A DNA stretch of 32,563 nt from assembly GCA_900128585.1 (NCBI GenBank), contig LT642215.1, positions 1 through 32,563 on the forward strand, written 5' to 3'. Each line of letters begins with the position of its first letter. Position 1 is the stretch's first letter. Shown one piece after another: positions 1 to 9,837 of this stretch. Position numbers and translations under genes: made by a program. Under the pieces are notes generated by a model, which saw nothing but the letters and a program-made list of their open reading frames with translations, had not been told where the DNA came from and did not search any database. This stretch comes from Stramenopiles sp. TOSAG23-3. Lineage: Eukaryota.

Positions 1-74
1 TTTGTTTCATTGTTGGTTGTCAATCACCGAGGGGATGATATATTTTCCAATGTTTTATATTTATAAAGAATTTT

Positions 75-1208
75 TTAGCGTCTTAAATTACTCATACTCT
101 GAACAATAAACTGGTTTGAAGCATTCATGGAAGCCTTCGAAGCCTCTAACTCTGCACGTAGCTGCTGCAGAGCAAGTCCCTGTTCAAAATTTTTTACCAG
201 GTCTTGCACGTTACTTAATTTTGCATTTTTCTTCTGCCTAGAAGCGCTACATGTAGCGCTTTGAAAGTTATGCTTTTGCCCGCCTTTCTTCTTAGCCCCA
301 TTTTTCCCTCTTTTGCCTTTCCCTGGCTTTCCCCGAGCCCCTCTGTACACGCTCAGCTTCCCCGCTTGCCCGGAGTTCCTCCGCTTGCCTGATCCTTGCC
401 GTCGAGGATCGCGCTTCGAACTGCCACTTGCACCTTCTGTTGCCATTAAACTTTTGGTGTTTATTTGGCATTCAAACTGTGCTGCATATGCCATTGCCTC
501 TTTTAATTTGTTGTAGTCAAACGGTTTGTTGTTTCCACTTTGGTTGCCGTTATTTTGATGAAGAGACGATGCGCTCGAACGCCTTGGAAGCTTAGCTGCT
601 TCGCCCATCCCAGATGATTTTTTTCGTAAAGTGGATAAATCTTGACGAAGTTTTGGAAGGCTGACAGCTTTTTGAAGCGAACTGCTCTCAAACGAGGGTC
701 CTTTACTATGCAACATGCTCTCTACTCCTCTGTACAAGTCTGCGGTACTGTCTACAAAACTTGGTGCAGGTGCTGCAGACGCAGTCTTCGACTTCGACGG
801 CCTTGGGACGTGACCGGGAGAAACTGTTTCACGCTTGAAGGCAGCAATTTTGTTTGGTTTTCCGAACACTAAGTGCTTTTCGCTGTCTTCTATATTGCCG
901 CTAGTGTAAGAACCTCGTTCTTCTTTCGTTCTTGTTCGTTGTATATCTATTGAGGGGGGTACAAGAATGGGCCTTGTCATTCTAGTGTTTGCCTCCGGTC
1001 GAAAGGTTGGGGCGAAGACCCCGTTGGACTCGGTGGCATCAACGCCCCGCTTCCCATACGTTTGCCCGGGCGTGTCACTTTGGCAATTTTCGTTACAATA
1101 TTTTGCATACAAATTATCGTACCCTTCTGGCTGCTGAGGATGTAAGGAGAGCTTCATAGCAGCCTGCTGCATGACGAACGGCGCTCCATTATACAAAAAC
1201 GTAGACAT
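75..1208 (-). CDS. Hypothetical protein: low-complexity basic middle, C-terminal coiled coil
   Basis: Long GC-rich ORF bounded by AT-rich DNA. First in-frame ATG at 1208 (the ORF track begins at a non-ATG codon at 1283). C-terminal helix VQDLVKNFEQGLALQQLRAELEASKASM. No family recognised. Confidence 0.75.
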   Translation of the reverse strand: MSTFLYNGAPFVMQQAAMKLSLHPQQPEGYDNLYAKYCNENCQSDTPGQTYGKRGVDATESNGVFAPTFRPEANTRMTRPILVPPSIDIQRTRTKEERGSYTSGNIEDSEKHLVFGKPNKIAAFKRETVSPGHVPRPSKSKTASAAPAPSFVDSTADLYRGVESMLHSKGPSFESSSLQKAVSLPKLRQDLSTLRKKSSGMGEAAKLPRRSSASSLHQNNGNQSGNNKPFDYNKLKEAMAYAAQFECQINTKSLMATEGASGSSKRDPRRQGSGKRRNSGQAGKLSVYRGARGKPGKGKRGKNGAKKKGGQKHNFQSATCSASRQKKNAKLSNVQDLVKNFEQGLALQQLRAELEASKASMNASNQFIVQSMSNLRR

Positions 1209-1763
1209 TAGAACAGCGCTCCTACCCCGCCCACTGTGTTCAAACAAGAAACAAATCAAACGTCGTTTGAACTTCTCGTTCACAAAACAATAAATATTAA
1301 TTTAACGCGTTAAATCCTTCTTGAAAAGAATGAAATTACTTTCAAACCAATATAATTTATAAAACGGGTAGGAAAGAAGAAAACAGCGAACCCAACGGAA
1401 ACGAGAAGGAGCAGACACCAGAACAAAAGGACAGCATAGGAGCATCTAAAAATTTCCTCAATCCAACTCTCGCTTCTCGCTCAGTCGCTCAGCAGCAGTT
1501 CTCCGTTCTCCCTCAATCATCCAACGACGAGCTTCTTCTTCCTTCTCCTCTATTTTTTATTATGATACAATTATTACATGTATTACAATTTGCTTTTTCT
1601 TTTTTTTTACTCCTCCTCTGCTGAATTCCTGTATTGTATCAAAATATTATCTTTCGCTTATTATAAGAAGAAAACCATTATAAAAATATTTCAATCCGGC
1701 AAACAACTAACGGTAATGTAATGTTCTGATTAGGGTTTTATTGCTATTATTATCTCTTTTTTT

Positions 1764-1908
1764 NNNNNNNNNNNNNNNNNNNNNNNNNNNNNNNNNNNNN
1801 NNNNNNNNNNNNNNNNNNNNNNNNNNNNNNNNNNNNNNNNNNNNNNNNNNNNNNNNNNNNNNNNNNNNNNNNNNNNNNNNNNNNNNNNNNNNNNNNNNNN
1901 NNNNNNNN
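1764..1908. other. Assembly gap (N run)
   Basis: Run of N seen directly. Confidence 0.99.
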
Positions 1909-2196
1909 AAAAGTACAGCAGGTGTCGTCGTGCGTTGATGAAAAAATTGATGATGAATATATATAATATAAATAATATGTGAATATAATAATGGAAGAAT
2001 GTTTGAAATTTTCGTTACCCTCATACGTTTTCTATTCCGAAAGATATTTGTTTCTATATAGATAGATACTTATAAAAATACTTATAAAAATCAATTTCTG
2101 GAAATGGTTGAAGGAAGGCCTCTTTTGAATGTGCACATCTTCAAAACATTGCACAGGGAGGTGATTAGACCAACGTTTTCTTGATTTTTTTTAACC

Positions 2197-3042
2197 ATGG
2201 ACGAGAGAGGTCGTCGGGCGCCGAATAAGCAGCCATTTCTTTTCCCAATCCCGGGCGTTCGATCGGGTGGTATCAGGTATGACAAAATTGTAGAAATAGG
2301 AAAAGGCATCCCGGAAAAAACGAACGATGGGCGATATAGATTGCCGAAAGGGTGGATTGCGATCAAAAGTTTGTTCAAACAAGGGCGGGTCTTTTACTAC
2401 AATGTAGAGACCCACAGAAGCTCATGGGTGCGGCCCTTGCAAGCGGACTTCGTAGAGGAAGAAGAGTATGAGTTGGCGTCGGTAGACAGTAGGGCCCTGG
2501 TCACATGGACGTCGCACGTGGACGAAGATGCAAAGTATGTACCAGGGACGTCTTCAATAAGAGAGATCCGGCACAGATCTGTCGAGCACGAAGAAAAAGC
2601 GATCGACTTTCAAGAAGCAATGATGAAGGTAGGGCCAGGAATTTTGCTGGCCAAAATAATGCTAGTAAACACCGAATATTATTTTGAAAGATGGGAAGAG
2701 TACACTAAGAATGAAAGAAAACGAAAAGCGCTGTTAATGCTGTGGATGGCGACTAAACTGCAAGCTTATTATCGTGGGTGGAAATTGCGGAAGGAATTGG
2801 AGGCAATTAAAATAGCACGAATCAAAGCAATTAAGGCCAAAGATTTTCCTGACATTAGAGACGAAATTCAGGGAATGTATGATGATTTCAACGACGATGA
2901 GAAGGCATGGTTTGATAACCTAAAGAAAACGTTGCCCTTCAAAGGAATGAAGAAAAAAGAAAAATCCCCGGAAAAAGCTGAGAAGAAACTAAACTATTTG
3001 CAAATGGCCAGACAGCAGAGAAAAAAGAAACGTTACGAATAA
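2197..3042 (+). CDS. WW domain and IQ (calmodulin-binding) motif protein
   Basis: WW signature LPKGW...GRVFYYNVETHRSSWVRP. IQ-like motif ATKLQAYYRGWKLRK. ATG in accATGg context. Confidence 0.85.
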   Translation: MDERGRRAPNKQPFLFPIPGVRSGGIRYDKIVEIGKGIPEKTNDGRYRLPKGWIAIKSLFKQGRVFYYNVETHRSSWVRPLQADFVEEEEYELASVDSRALVTWTSHVDEDAKYVPGTSSIREIRHRSVEHEEKAIDFQEAMMKVGPGILLAKIMLVNTEYYFERWEEYTKNERKRKALLMLWMATKLQAYYRGWKLRKELEAIKIARIKAIKAKDFPDIRDEIQGMYDDFNDDEKAWFDNLKKTLPFKGMKKKEKSPEKAEKKLNYLQMARQQRKKKRYE

Positions 3043-3124
3043 AAAAATAGAGTGCGCGCGTATTTTTGAGTGATTTTTGTTTTTTTAGAAGGGATAACTG
3101 AATTAGGTTTTTTTTCTTTTGTTT

Positions 3125-3266
3125 AAAACAAGAAAATTGGCTGTTATTTAGGTAATATTATGTTTTTCTTCATTTTTAAAAAGAACTCTCTTTTTAAAAA
3201 CCAAAATATATAGTATGTTTTAAGACTCTCATTTTAAATCAAATACTACTTCAAATCCAACCCTAA
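3125..3266 (+). repeat. Dispersed intergenic repeat, copy 1 (modules A, B, C)
   Basis: A = AAAACAAGAAAATTGGCTGTTAT (3125); B = TATGTTTTAAGACTCTCATTTTAAA (3214); C = TTCAAATCCAACCCTAA (3250). Matching modules occur at 13.66, 18.56, 22.43 and 28.69 kb. Confidence 0.85.
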
Positions 3267-3319
3267 TTTTACTTTTTACTTTTTAAAGTTTGTTTTTTTA
3301 TAAAATGTGCCGTACAATT

Positions 3320-4396
3320 TCAATAGTCATCGTCGATATAATCTGAATTATACTCTACTCGCTGAGGTGCTTTTTTGCTACCTTTGATAACGCCATTGTT
3401 GGCACTACCGGACGCTTTTTCTATTTCGCTTGATATCGTTTCCATGATGCCATTCTTTCCATTCCACACACTGCCCCACTTGTGGTGCACTTCATTCACA
3501 CCGTGAGATTCGCTGGTTCTCGGACCCAACTCGGATCCAGGTGGGTGTTCCACGGCTTTTCTGTCGACTTTTTCTGAAAAATTCGTGTGGTCCACGTCCT
3601 CGAGAATCAAGTCAACATCGTGCACTTCGTAAACTTTCTCTTCTTCAACATTGCCCACGCTGTCTTCGTCGTTTGTGTTCATCTCTAATTTCTTGCGGTT
3701 GTCTCCGATAAGATGCACACTGCTTTCTTCTACCGTTTCCGCATCATCGTCGTCTGTCTTCATCTCCAATTTCTTGCGGTTGTCTCCGATAAGATGCACA
3801 CTGCTTTCTTCTACCGTTTCCACATTATCGTCGTCTGTCTTCATCTCCAATTTCTTGCGGTTGTCTCCGAGATGATGCACACTGCTTTCTTCTACCGTTT
3901 CCGCATCAACGTCGTCTGTTTTCATCTCCAATTTCTTGCGGTTGTCTCCGAGAAGATGCACACTACTTTCTTCTATCGTTTCCACATTATCGTCGTCGAA
4001 AGTTACTTCATACGTAGGAACGGCACGATTTTCAACCAGCTTGGTGATGAATCCTATTTGTCTAGTTTCAAAGGAAGGGGTGGTCGCACTAACACGGTCG
4101 CCGACTTTGTACTGGAAGCCAGTCCTTTCGGTTAACTCTATTCCATCGCCCGTGTCATCTTCGGGAGCGTCGTTCTTTCTTCCTAAATGATAATCCAAAA
4201 ATTCCATCTCGTGGGTCAGTTCCCAATGCAAATCCGCTGCTTTTTTCCGGTCTCTGCGCCAATCCCTTGCTGCTTTGTGATAGTATTTATCATCAACATA
4301 ACGCCATAATCGCCCAAAGTTCGTCAGCAGAGCCCAAAAGATAGGGGCAAACAGAATTAGGAACAGCTCTTTTGCAACCCAGGAGTATTTTCCCAT
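3320..4396 (-). CDS. Membrane-anchored protein with a Tudor/SH3-like barrel followed by 27-aa tandem repeats
   Basis: N-terminal hydrophobic helix ELFLILFAPIFWALL. Tudor/Agenet-like pattern YKVGDRVSA...GFITKL...YEVTFDDDNVETIEESSVHLL. Acidic tail. Confidence 0.8.
   Translation of the reverse strand: MGKYSWVAKELFLILFAPIFWALLTNFGRLWRYVDDKYYHKAARDWRRDRKKAADLHWELTHEMEFLDYHLGRKNDAPEDDTGDGIELTERTGFQYKVGDRVSATTPSFETRQIGFITKLVENRAVPTYEVTFDDDNVETIEESSVHLLGDNRKKLEMKTDDVDAETVEESSVHHLGDNRKKLEMKTDDDNVETVEESSVHLIGDNRKKLEMKTDDDDAETVEESSVHLIGDNRKKLEMNTNDEDSVGNVEEEKVYEVHDVDLILEDVDHTNFSEKVDRKAVEHPPGSELGPRTSESHGVNEVHHKWGSVWNGKNGIMETISSEIEKASGSANNGVIKGSKKAPQRVEYNSDYIDDDY
3674..3997 (-). repeat. Coding tandem repeat, 4 x 81 nt (DDDNVETVEESSVHLIGDNRKKLEMKT)
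   Basis: TTTCTTGCGGTTGTCTCCGA recurs at exact 81-nt spacing, four times. Confidence 0.95.
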
Positions 4397-5139
4397 CCTT
4401 TCAAAGTCTAAGCCCCCCCCCCCAAGTCTACTTTAAAATCAAGCGAACCGTTTCGTCGGCGTTTCTTTTTCCGCGCCTGCTTCAAACTTTCTTTCATTTC
4501 GACGGAGAAACTATCACACAAGTGATCCATCGCGTGAACTAAATCGAATAGAATGTACGAAGTACAAGAAAAGAAAGTGTTTTCGTTCTTTTTTTATTGA
4601 TTCTTGTTGTTTTTTTTTGCTGCTGTTGTTGGTGTCCTTATTATGTTATCATTCTTGCCTATAATTATATAGACTAATTAATAAGTAGTTACTAATTCGA
4701 CCAGTACCGTACAGGAACCCTGTGTTCTTGTTGATCAGAAGGGTTTCTTTTCTTTTTATTATTAATAATTATATTATTTTCATCGTCGAGCCTTCCTTGA
4801 CGACGACGGTATTCCTATATAGTCTATATAATAGTAGGTTGCTCAGGTTTTTGCATACTCCCCCGTAACTCTACTTGATTCTGACGAAGAGGTACGGTAT
4901 TAAACGATTTAAAAATTCTTCCATCCAATTCAATAAATTGATTGATGAAGATAGTCCGTTCTATAAGAATATGTTTGATGATGACGACGGTAAAGAACAA
5001 AATATTATTATATCAAATCATCAAAAGAGATGGATTAATCTTATTGATTTAAAGAAAGAAAATTGAATGAGTCACCGTTAGGTAGATTTAAATACGTATA
5101 TGTTAGAACAGGCAGTCTTTATTGTATACCGAATAAAAA

Positions 5140-6045
5140 ATGTCGGGGCTTGTTCTACAGCAGTACTTAGAGCCACTGCTGCGGCTAGTTAGAGATGCGC
5201 CCGGTTCGCAGAGGAACAGGTACCGTGTGAAACTCGCAGAGGTTGTATCCGTACTCGCTGGAACAGCCGTGCTGTTTTGTGCACTTGAAGAAGACATGAA
5301 AACGTTTGGATATTTTGTGTACGTTGGACTTTTGTATATGATTTGGTCTTGCGAAGATATGGCATTGTCTCTTTTGGCGGGTTTTATCACCGGCAGCGTC
5401 GGTGCCTTCACGGAGTGGTGGGGTTGTAGCAACAAGTTGTGGAACTGGGTCAGTGCCAATGCTGTGTATCCTGGCGATAGACAAACGGCGTCCTTGTTTA
5501 TGATAGGGGGCGATCGCTATGGCTTTCCTATAGAAGTAGTCATTGCATATGCTGGTGCTGGCTTTTGGATGGCCAGTATATCTCGGGTCATCTTGGAGAA
5601 AGAACACGCGGAACTGGCCCACGGCAAAGGGAACGTTTCAAGCAATGCCCTGCCCTACCGTGTGGTCTCTGGAATCCTGCTTTTGGTGGCCTATTTTGAA
5701 CCGGTGTGCTTGCAATCTTGTGTGCTGCTGTGGGCCGGTATAAATATGACGCTTGGTCTGACTGACCAAGCAAAAATTGCATCGATTTCGTGGGGATGCC
5801 TGGTTGGAGTGAGTGGATTCTTCTTTGAAATTTTTGCGACGGGGGGCATTGCCGACGACTTTGCCGTGTGGCGCTATGATAAACAACGACATCATGAAAT
5901 GGTCCAAAGTAGCGGCACGTTCCACCTCCCTGTGTATTTTGTTAGTACGGCGCCTCACACAGCTATACTCGCGTACGTCGGGACCGGGCTGATAATCTTT
6001 TCAGGCACCTTTCAAATTACCCGTTCGACTGCAAAGACAGCTTAA
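5140..6045 (+). CDS. Polytopic membrane protein with two internal repeats (weak DUF2878/CruF/CrtYcd-like pattern)
   Basis: About 8 hydrophobic segments. Duplicated motif G..G...E........W.[WY]...P....AY.G.G (GAFTEWWGCSNKLWNW/FPIEVVIAYAGAG and GFFFEIFATGG...VWRY/APHTAILAYVGTG). The CDS is secure; the family is tentative. Confidence 0.75.
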   Translation: MSGLVLQQYLEPLLRLVRDAPGSQRNRYRVKLAEVVSVLAGTAVLFCALEEDMKTFGYFVYVGLLYMIWSCEDMALSLLAGFITGSVGAFTEWWGCSNKLWNWVSANAVYPGDRQTASLFMIGGDRYGFPIEVVIAYAGAGFWMASISRVILEKEHAELAHGKGNVSSNALPYRVVSGILLLVAYFEPVCLQSCVLLWAGINMTLGLTDQAKIASISWGCLVGVSGFFFEIFATGGIADDFAVWRYDKQRHHEMVQSSGTFHLPVYFVSTAPHTAILAYVGTGLIIFSGTFQITRSTAKTA

Positions 6046-6405
6046 GTTGAAATAGTGTGTGTTGGCACTTTGCTCAGACGAAGGCCAAACCTCTCAGTGC
6101 AGGGCCTGCGGAGAGAAAAAAATAAGTGTGTGCGAGTGAGAAAAGGTGAGTCTTTCGGCACCGTAAATAGTTTTTTTGAAAATCGGACGCCCTGGCAGGG
6201 GAAGTACGATCGTATGATAGCTGTGATATTTTAATACGATCTCATTAATATTTAAAACTAAGAATTTGTGGTAAAAAATTAATTTAAAAGGCGGTAAGTT
6301 GTAACAAACACAGTGCTCTCGAACAGAAGAATGTTTCCAAATTTACAGTAATTTCAAAGGGTGGTAACGCCACCATCCAAGTATTCAACAACACGGCGCA
6401 ATGAT

Positions 6406-8619
6406 TTAACTCATTTGCATACCCATGGCTTTCAATTGGTCGATTTCTCTCTTCCTTTGGGCTTCTTGTTGCCTTTCCTGTTCGTTTTGGCGCTCGATTT
6501 GCCTTACGCGTTCGGCATCTTGTTCTTGGAACTTCTCTGCTTCTTCAACCATAGAATCAATTTCCTCTTGGGTCAAACGCCCACGGTCGTTGGTGATAGT
6601 TACGTCAGCGGTAGCACCGGTCACTTGATCCTTGGCCGTAACGTGTAGCAGACCATTGGCATCGATATCGAAGGTAACGTCGACTTGGGGAACGTTCCTC
6701 TTGGCGCGTTCGATACCAGAGATGGTAAACTTTCCGAGCATGTTGTTACCATCGGTGCATTGACGTTCACCTTCATATACACATACGTCAACTTCGGTTT
6801 GGTAGTCTTCCTCGGTGGTGTAGGTCTTCGTCTTGCGGACTGGGATAGGGGTGTTCCTCTTGATCAAGGTCGACATAACCCGGCCGGTGGTCTCGATACC
6901 CAAGGACAACGGGGTAACGTCTACCAGCAAGAGGGAAGAAGTCGCAGCGTGGCGCTCGCCACTGAGGATGGCACCTTGAATGGCGGCACCATAGGCAACG
7001 GCCTCGTCCGGGTTGATGGTCTTGCACAAATCTTTGCCCTTGAAGAATTCTTGCAAAAGGGCTTGGATCTTCGGGATACGGGTGGACCCACCGACAAGAA
7101 CAATATCATCAATGTTTTCTTGCTTCATTTTGGCGTCCTTCAAAACGTGCTTGACGGTCTCCAAGCAGCGTTGGAAAAGTTCGTCGTTCAAACTGTCGAA
7201 CTTGGCGCGGGTAACCGTCGTGGAAAAGTCGATGCCGTCGATAAGAGAATCTATTTCTATTGTCGCGGTGGTACTTGCGGACAATTGACGCTTCGCTTTC
7301 TCGCACGCCTGTCTCAAACGCTTCATGGCGCGGGCGTTCTCGGAGATTGGGGACGCCTTTCTGTTCTTGCGGGTGAAGTCGGACTGAACGTGGTTTTGCA
7401 ATACGTTGTCGAAATCTTCCCCTCCCAAGTGGGTGTCACCGGCGGTGGCTTTGACCTCGAAGATACCTTTCTCGATGGCCAAGATGGAGACATCGAACGT
7501 ACCTCCTCCAAGGTCGAAGACGAGGATGTTGCGGACCCCTTCATCGGCCTTCTTGTCGTTCAAGCCGTAGGCAAGGGCGGCGGCAGTGGGCTCGTTAATG
7601 ATGCGCATGACTTCAAGCCCGGCGATGGCACCGGCGTCCTTGGTGGCGGCGCGCTGGGAGTCGCTGAAGTAGGCGGGTACGGTAATTACAGCCTTCTTCA
7701 CCTCGTGGCCCAAGAAGGTCTCGGCGATGCTCTTCATCTTGGTCAAGACCATGGCACTGACCTGCTCCGGGGCGTACAATTTCTGCTCGCCGTCGTGCTG
7801 AACGCTTACCATTGGTTTTCCTTCCTTGGATCGCTCTACGGCGTACTGGAACATCTTGATGTCCTTGGCAACTTTCTCGTCGTCGAAACCGGACCCGATC
7901 AAACGCTTGACGTCGTAGACGGTGTTCTTTGGGTTCATGGACGCGTTGCGCTGGGCAGCGGCACCAACGAATCGCTCTCCATCGTCTGGGCTGAAGCCGA
8001 TTACGGAGGCAGTGGTTCGGGAACCTTCCTCGTTGGCGATGATCTTAACGCCACCGTCTTTCCACACACCGACGCAGGAGTAGGTGGTACCCAAATCGAT
8101 ACCGATGACCGTGCGGTCCTCCGGTGGGATCTCTTTGTTGGCCTCGGCGATTACCTGAAGCTCGTTCTTGGCTTTGGCAAGACCGTCGACAAGGGCTTGG
8201 TTGTCTGCCTCTACCTTCAAGCCGGCCTCGTAGGCGGAGACGGACTCTTCGAACAGTCGGCCTGCGAACTTGGCAGCGCCAAGGCGCAAGAAGCCTTTGG
8301 CCCATTCTGGCTTCATGGCGATGCACTTTTCGGCATCGAGGGCGGCCTTCTTGTGTTCCTTCAACTTCAGGTACGCGGCGGATCGGTTGGAGTAGTACAC
8401 TTCGTTGGTGGGGTCCAGATCGATGGCGTCGGTGAAGCACGATACAGCTTCGCGGGTTTTGCCGGAGGCGAAGGCGGTGTTACCCATGTTCTTTGCTTCC
8501 ACTGCCATCTTCTTGCGTTCGTTCAAAGACATGTTTGCAAACTCTCCCGCCAAGGCGGGGTCGGAGGCAACTTTTTTCTTTCCTCCCTTCTTCTTTCTCT
8601 TGGTGCGTTTAGGCGGCAT
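6406..8619 (-). CDS. HSP70: Hsp70-family chaperone with an N-terminal Hop/STI1-type TPR domain; lid truncated, no EEVD
   Basis: Hsp70 signatures [56 protein letters not shown] and linker [12 protein letters not shown]. Three TPRs at about aa 40-148 ([22 protein letters not shown]). Confidence 0.95.
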   Translation of the reverse strand: MPPKRTKRKKKGGKKKVASDPALAGEFANMSLNERKKMAVEAKNMGNTAFASGKTREAVSCFTDAIDLDPTNEVYYSNRSAAYLKLKEHKKAALDAEKCIAMKPEWAKGFLRLGAAKFAGRLFEESVSAYEAGLKVEADNQALVDGLAKAKNELQVIAEANKEIPPEDRTVIGIDLGTTYSCVGVWKDGGVKIIANEEGSRTTASVIGFSPDDGERFVGAAAQRNASMNPKNTVYDVKRLIGSGFDDEKVAKDIKMFQYAVERSKEGKPMVSVQHDGEQKLYAPEQVSAMVLTKMKSIAETFLGHEVKKAVITVPAYFSDSQRAATKDAGAIAGLEVMRIINEPTAAALAYGLNDKKADEGVRNILVFDLGGGTFDVSILAIEKGIFEVKATAGDTHLGGEDFDNVLQNHVQSDFTRKNRKASPISENARAMKRLRQACEKAKRQLSASTTATIEIDSLIDGIDFSTTVTRAKFDSLNDELFQRCLETVKHVLKDAKMKQENIDDIVLVGGSTRIPKIQALLQEFFKGKDLCKTINPDEAVAYGAAIQGAILSGERHAATSSLLLVDVTPLSLGIETTGRVMSTLIKRNTPIPVRKTKTYTTEEDYQTEVDVCVYEGERQCTDGNNMLGKFTISGIERAKRNVPQVDVTFDIDANGLLHVTAKDQVTGATADVTITNDRGRLTQEEIDSMVEEAEKFQEQDAERVRQIERQNEQERQQEAQRKREIDQLKAMGMQMS

Positions 8620-9322
8620 GGTTGATATATATATCTGTGTGTTCTTCGGTATATAGGGTAAGTGTTGAAATGTAACTAACTTGTTTAATTACTAACTGAA
8701 TTGTTTCTTCCTCTCCGTTATTCTGCAAAGGACTTCCTCTCCGTTTGTAACTGTTAACTACTCCACTCGCTCCAAACCAACTACTCTAACTTCCTTGGTA
8801 TTCACATTCTACATATTTTATTTTTTTAATTTTAAATTCAACAACTATAATACTTGGCTTGAAAAATTATTTATATTATTCATAAATTAATTAATATAGA
8901 AATACCATCTAAATTAATACTTTATTTTAACCAAATTCACTTCTTTCTTCTTCTTTCCTTCTTCTTTTTCCGCCTCGTTGGTTCTCCACCACAAAATATT
9001 AATAAATATTTATTAATATAGACATAGCATAGAGTTCCAAAAAAAACGAAAAGTAAAAGGTAAGTCTATAATAGCATAGCATAGCATTGCAAGCAATCGC
9101 AAAATAATAAACAATAAAAATCACACAAAAAATCTTTCATTAATTAATATCGAAATAGCACAGTAGAATTCATTGATGAAGTCATAAAAGGAATTGAAAA
9201 AAGGAATGGTCCTTAGGCCTGGTCCATCGTATTCTACTGTTCTTTAGAGTAAGAGAAGGTAGAGCTAGAAAGAAAGAGCTATACTAGTAGCGCTACGAGG
9301 ATATATAAAGAAAGAAAGAGTC

Positions 9323-9324
9323 GA

Positions 9325-9354
<30 letters not shown>
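9323..9354 (+). repeat. (GAAA)8 microsatellite
   Basis: Seen directly. Confidence 0.9.
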
Positions 9355-9356
<2 letters not shown>

Positions 9357-9837
9357 GCTTTGTAGAAAAGAGAAGCCAAAATTAAAAAAAGTGAAGCATT
9401 ACGTTGTGACATTGTGACATTGTGACGTACTTAAATTATAATTGATCTTTTCTTTTGACCTCTGCTCTCTCTGCTCTCACTCCTCTTTTGTTCTTTTGTT
9501 CTTGTTCTTCCTGTATTTATTTATTAGTCGTTTATGTATTCTAACGAGTATTCTATTCTATTCTATACCTTCTGTAAATTAATCTAAAATAGAAGTGACT
9601 GTGATACCTTAACCTTAAGCTTCAGCTTTCTCTTCTTGTTGAAACTGAAAAATTATGGCTATGGAAGAAGAAGACTATAAGTATGTATTTGTTGTATTGG
9701 TTTATTATTTACCTATTTGATTATACTTTTGTTTATTTAATAATATTTTGTAACATTATTTAGATGATAATTGTTGCAGTGTATATATTTTTTTAAAATA
9801 CTATTAATTCCTATACAAAAAATCATTTGCCCTATCT

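Noticed and set aside
1707-2024. ORFs spanning the first N gap
   Set aside because: They are open only because of the Ns, and the flanks are AT-rich low-complexity spacer.
3674-3997. 81-nt periodic repeat (and the 21-nt repeat at 29363-29503) as a CRISPR-like array
   Set aside because: The units are contiguous, in frame and lack unique spacers. The context is eukaryotic and no cas genes are present.
4875-5066. Short AT-rich ORF upstream of the membrane protein
   Set aside because: Non-ATG start, intergenic base composition and no motif.
6406-6445. Hsp70 C-terminus IDQLKAMG resembles the start of a UBA domain, with a possible GTATGC donor site
   Set aside because: I found no downstream exon continuing a UBA domain, and no other gene here has introns. 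It is left as coincidence unless RNA-seq shows splicing.
6685-8625. 646-aa plus-strand ORF antisense to Hsp70
   Set aside because: Long antisense ORFs are a known by-product of biased codon usage in hsp70 genes (the historical antisense 'NAD-GDH' case). It begins at a non-ATG codon and shows no credible domain.
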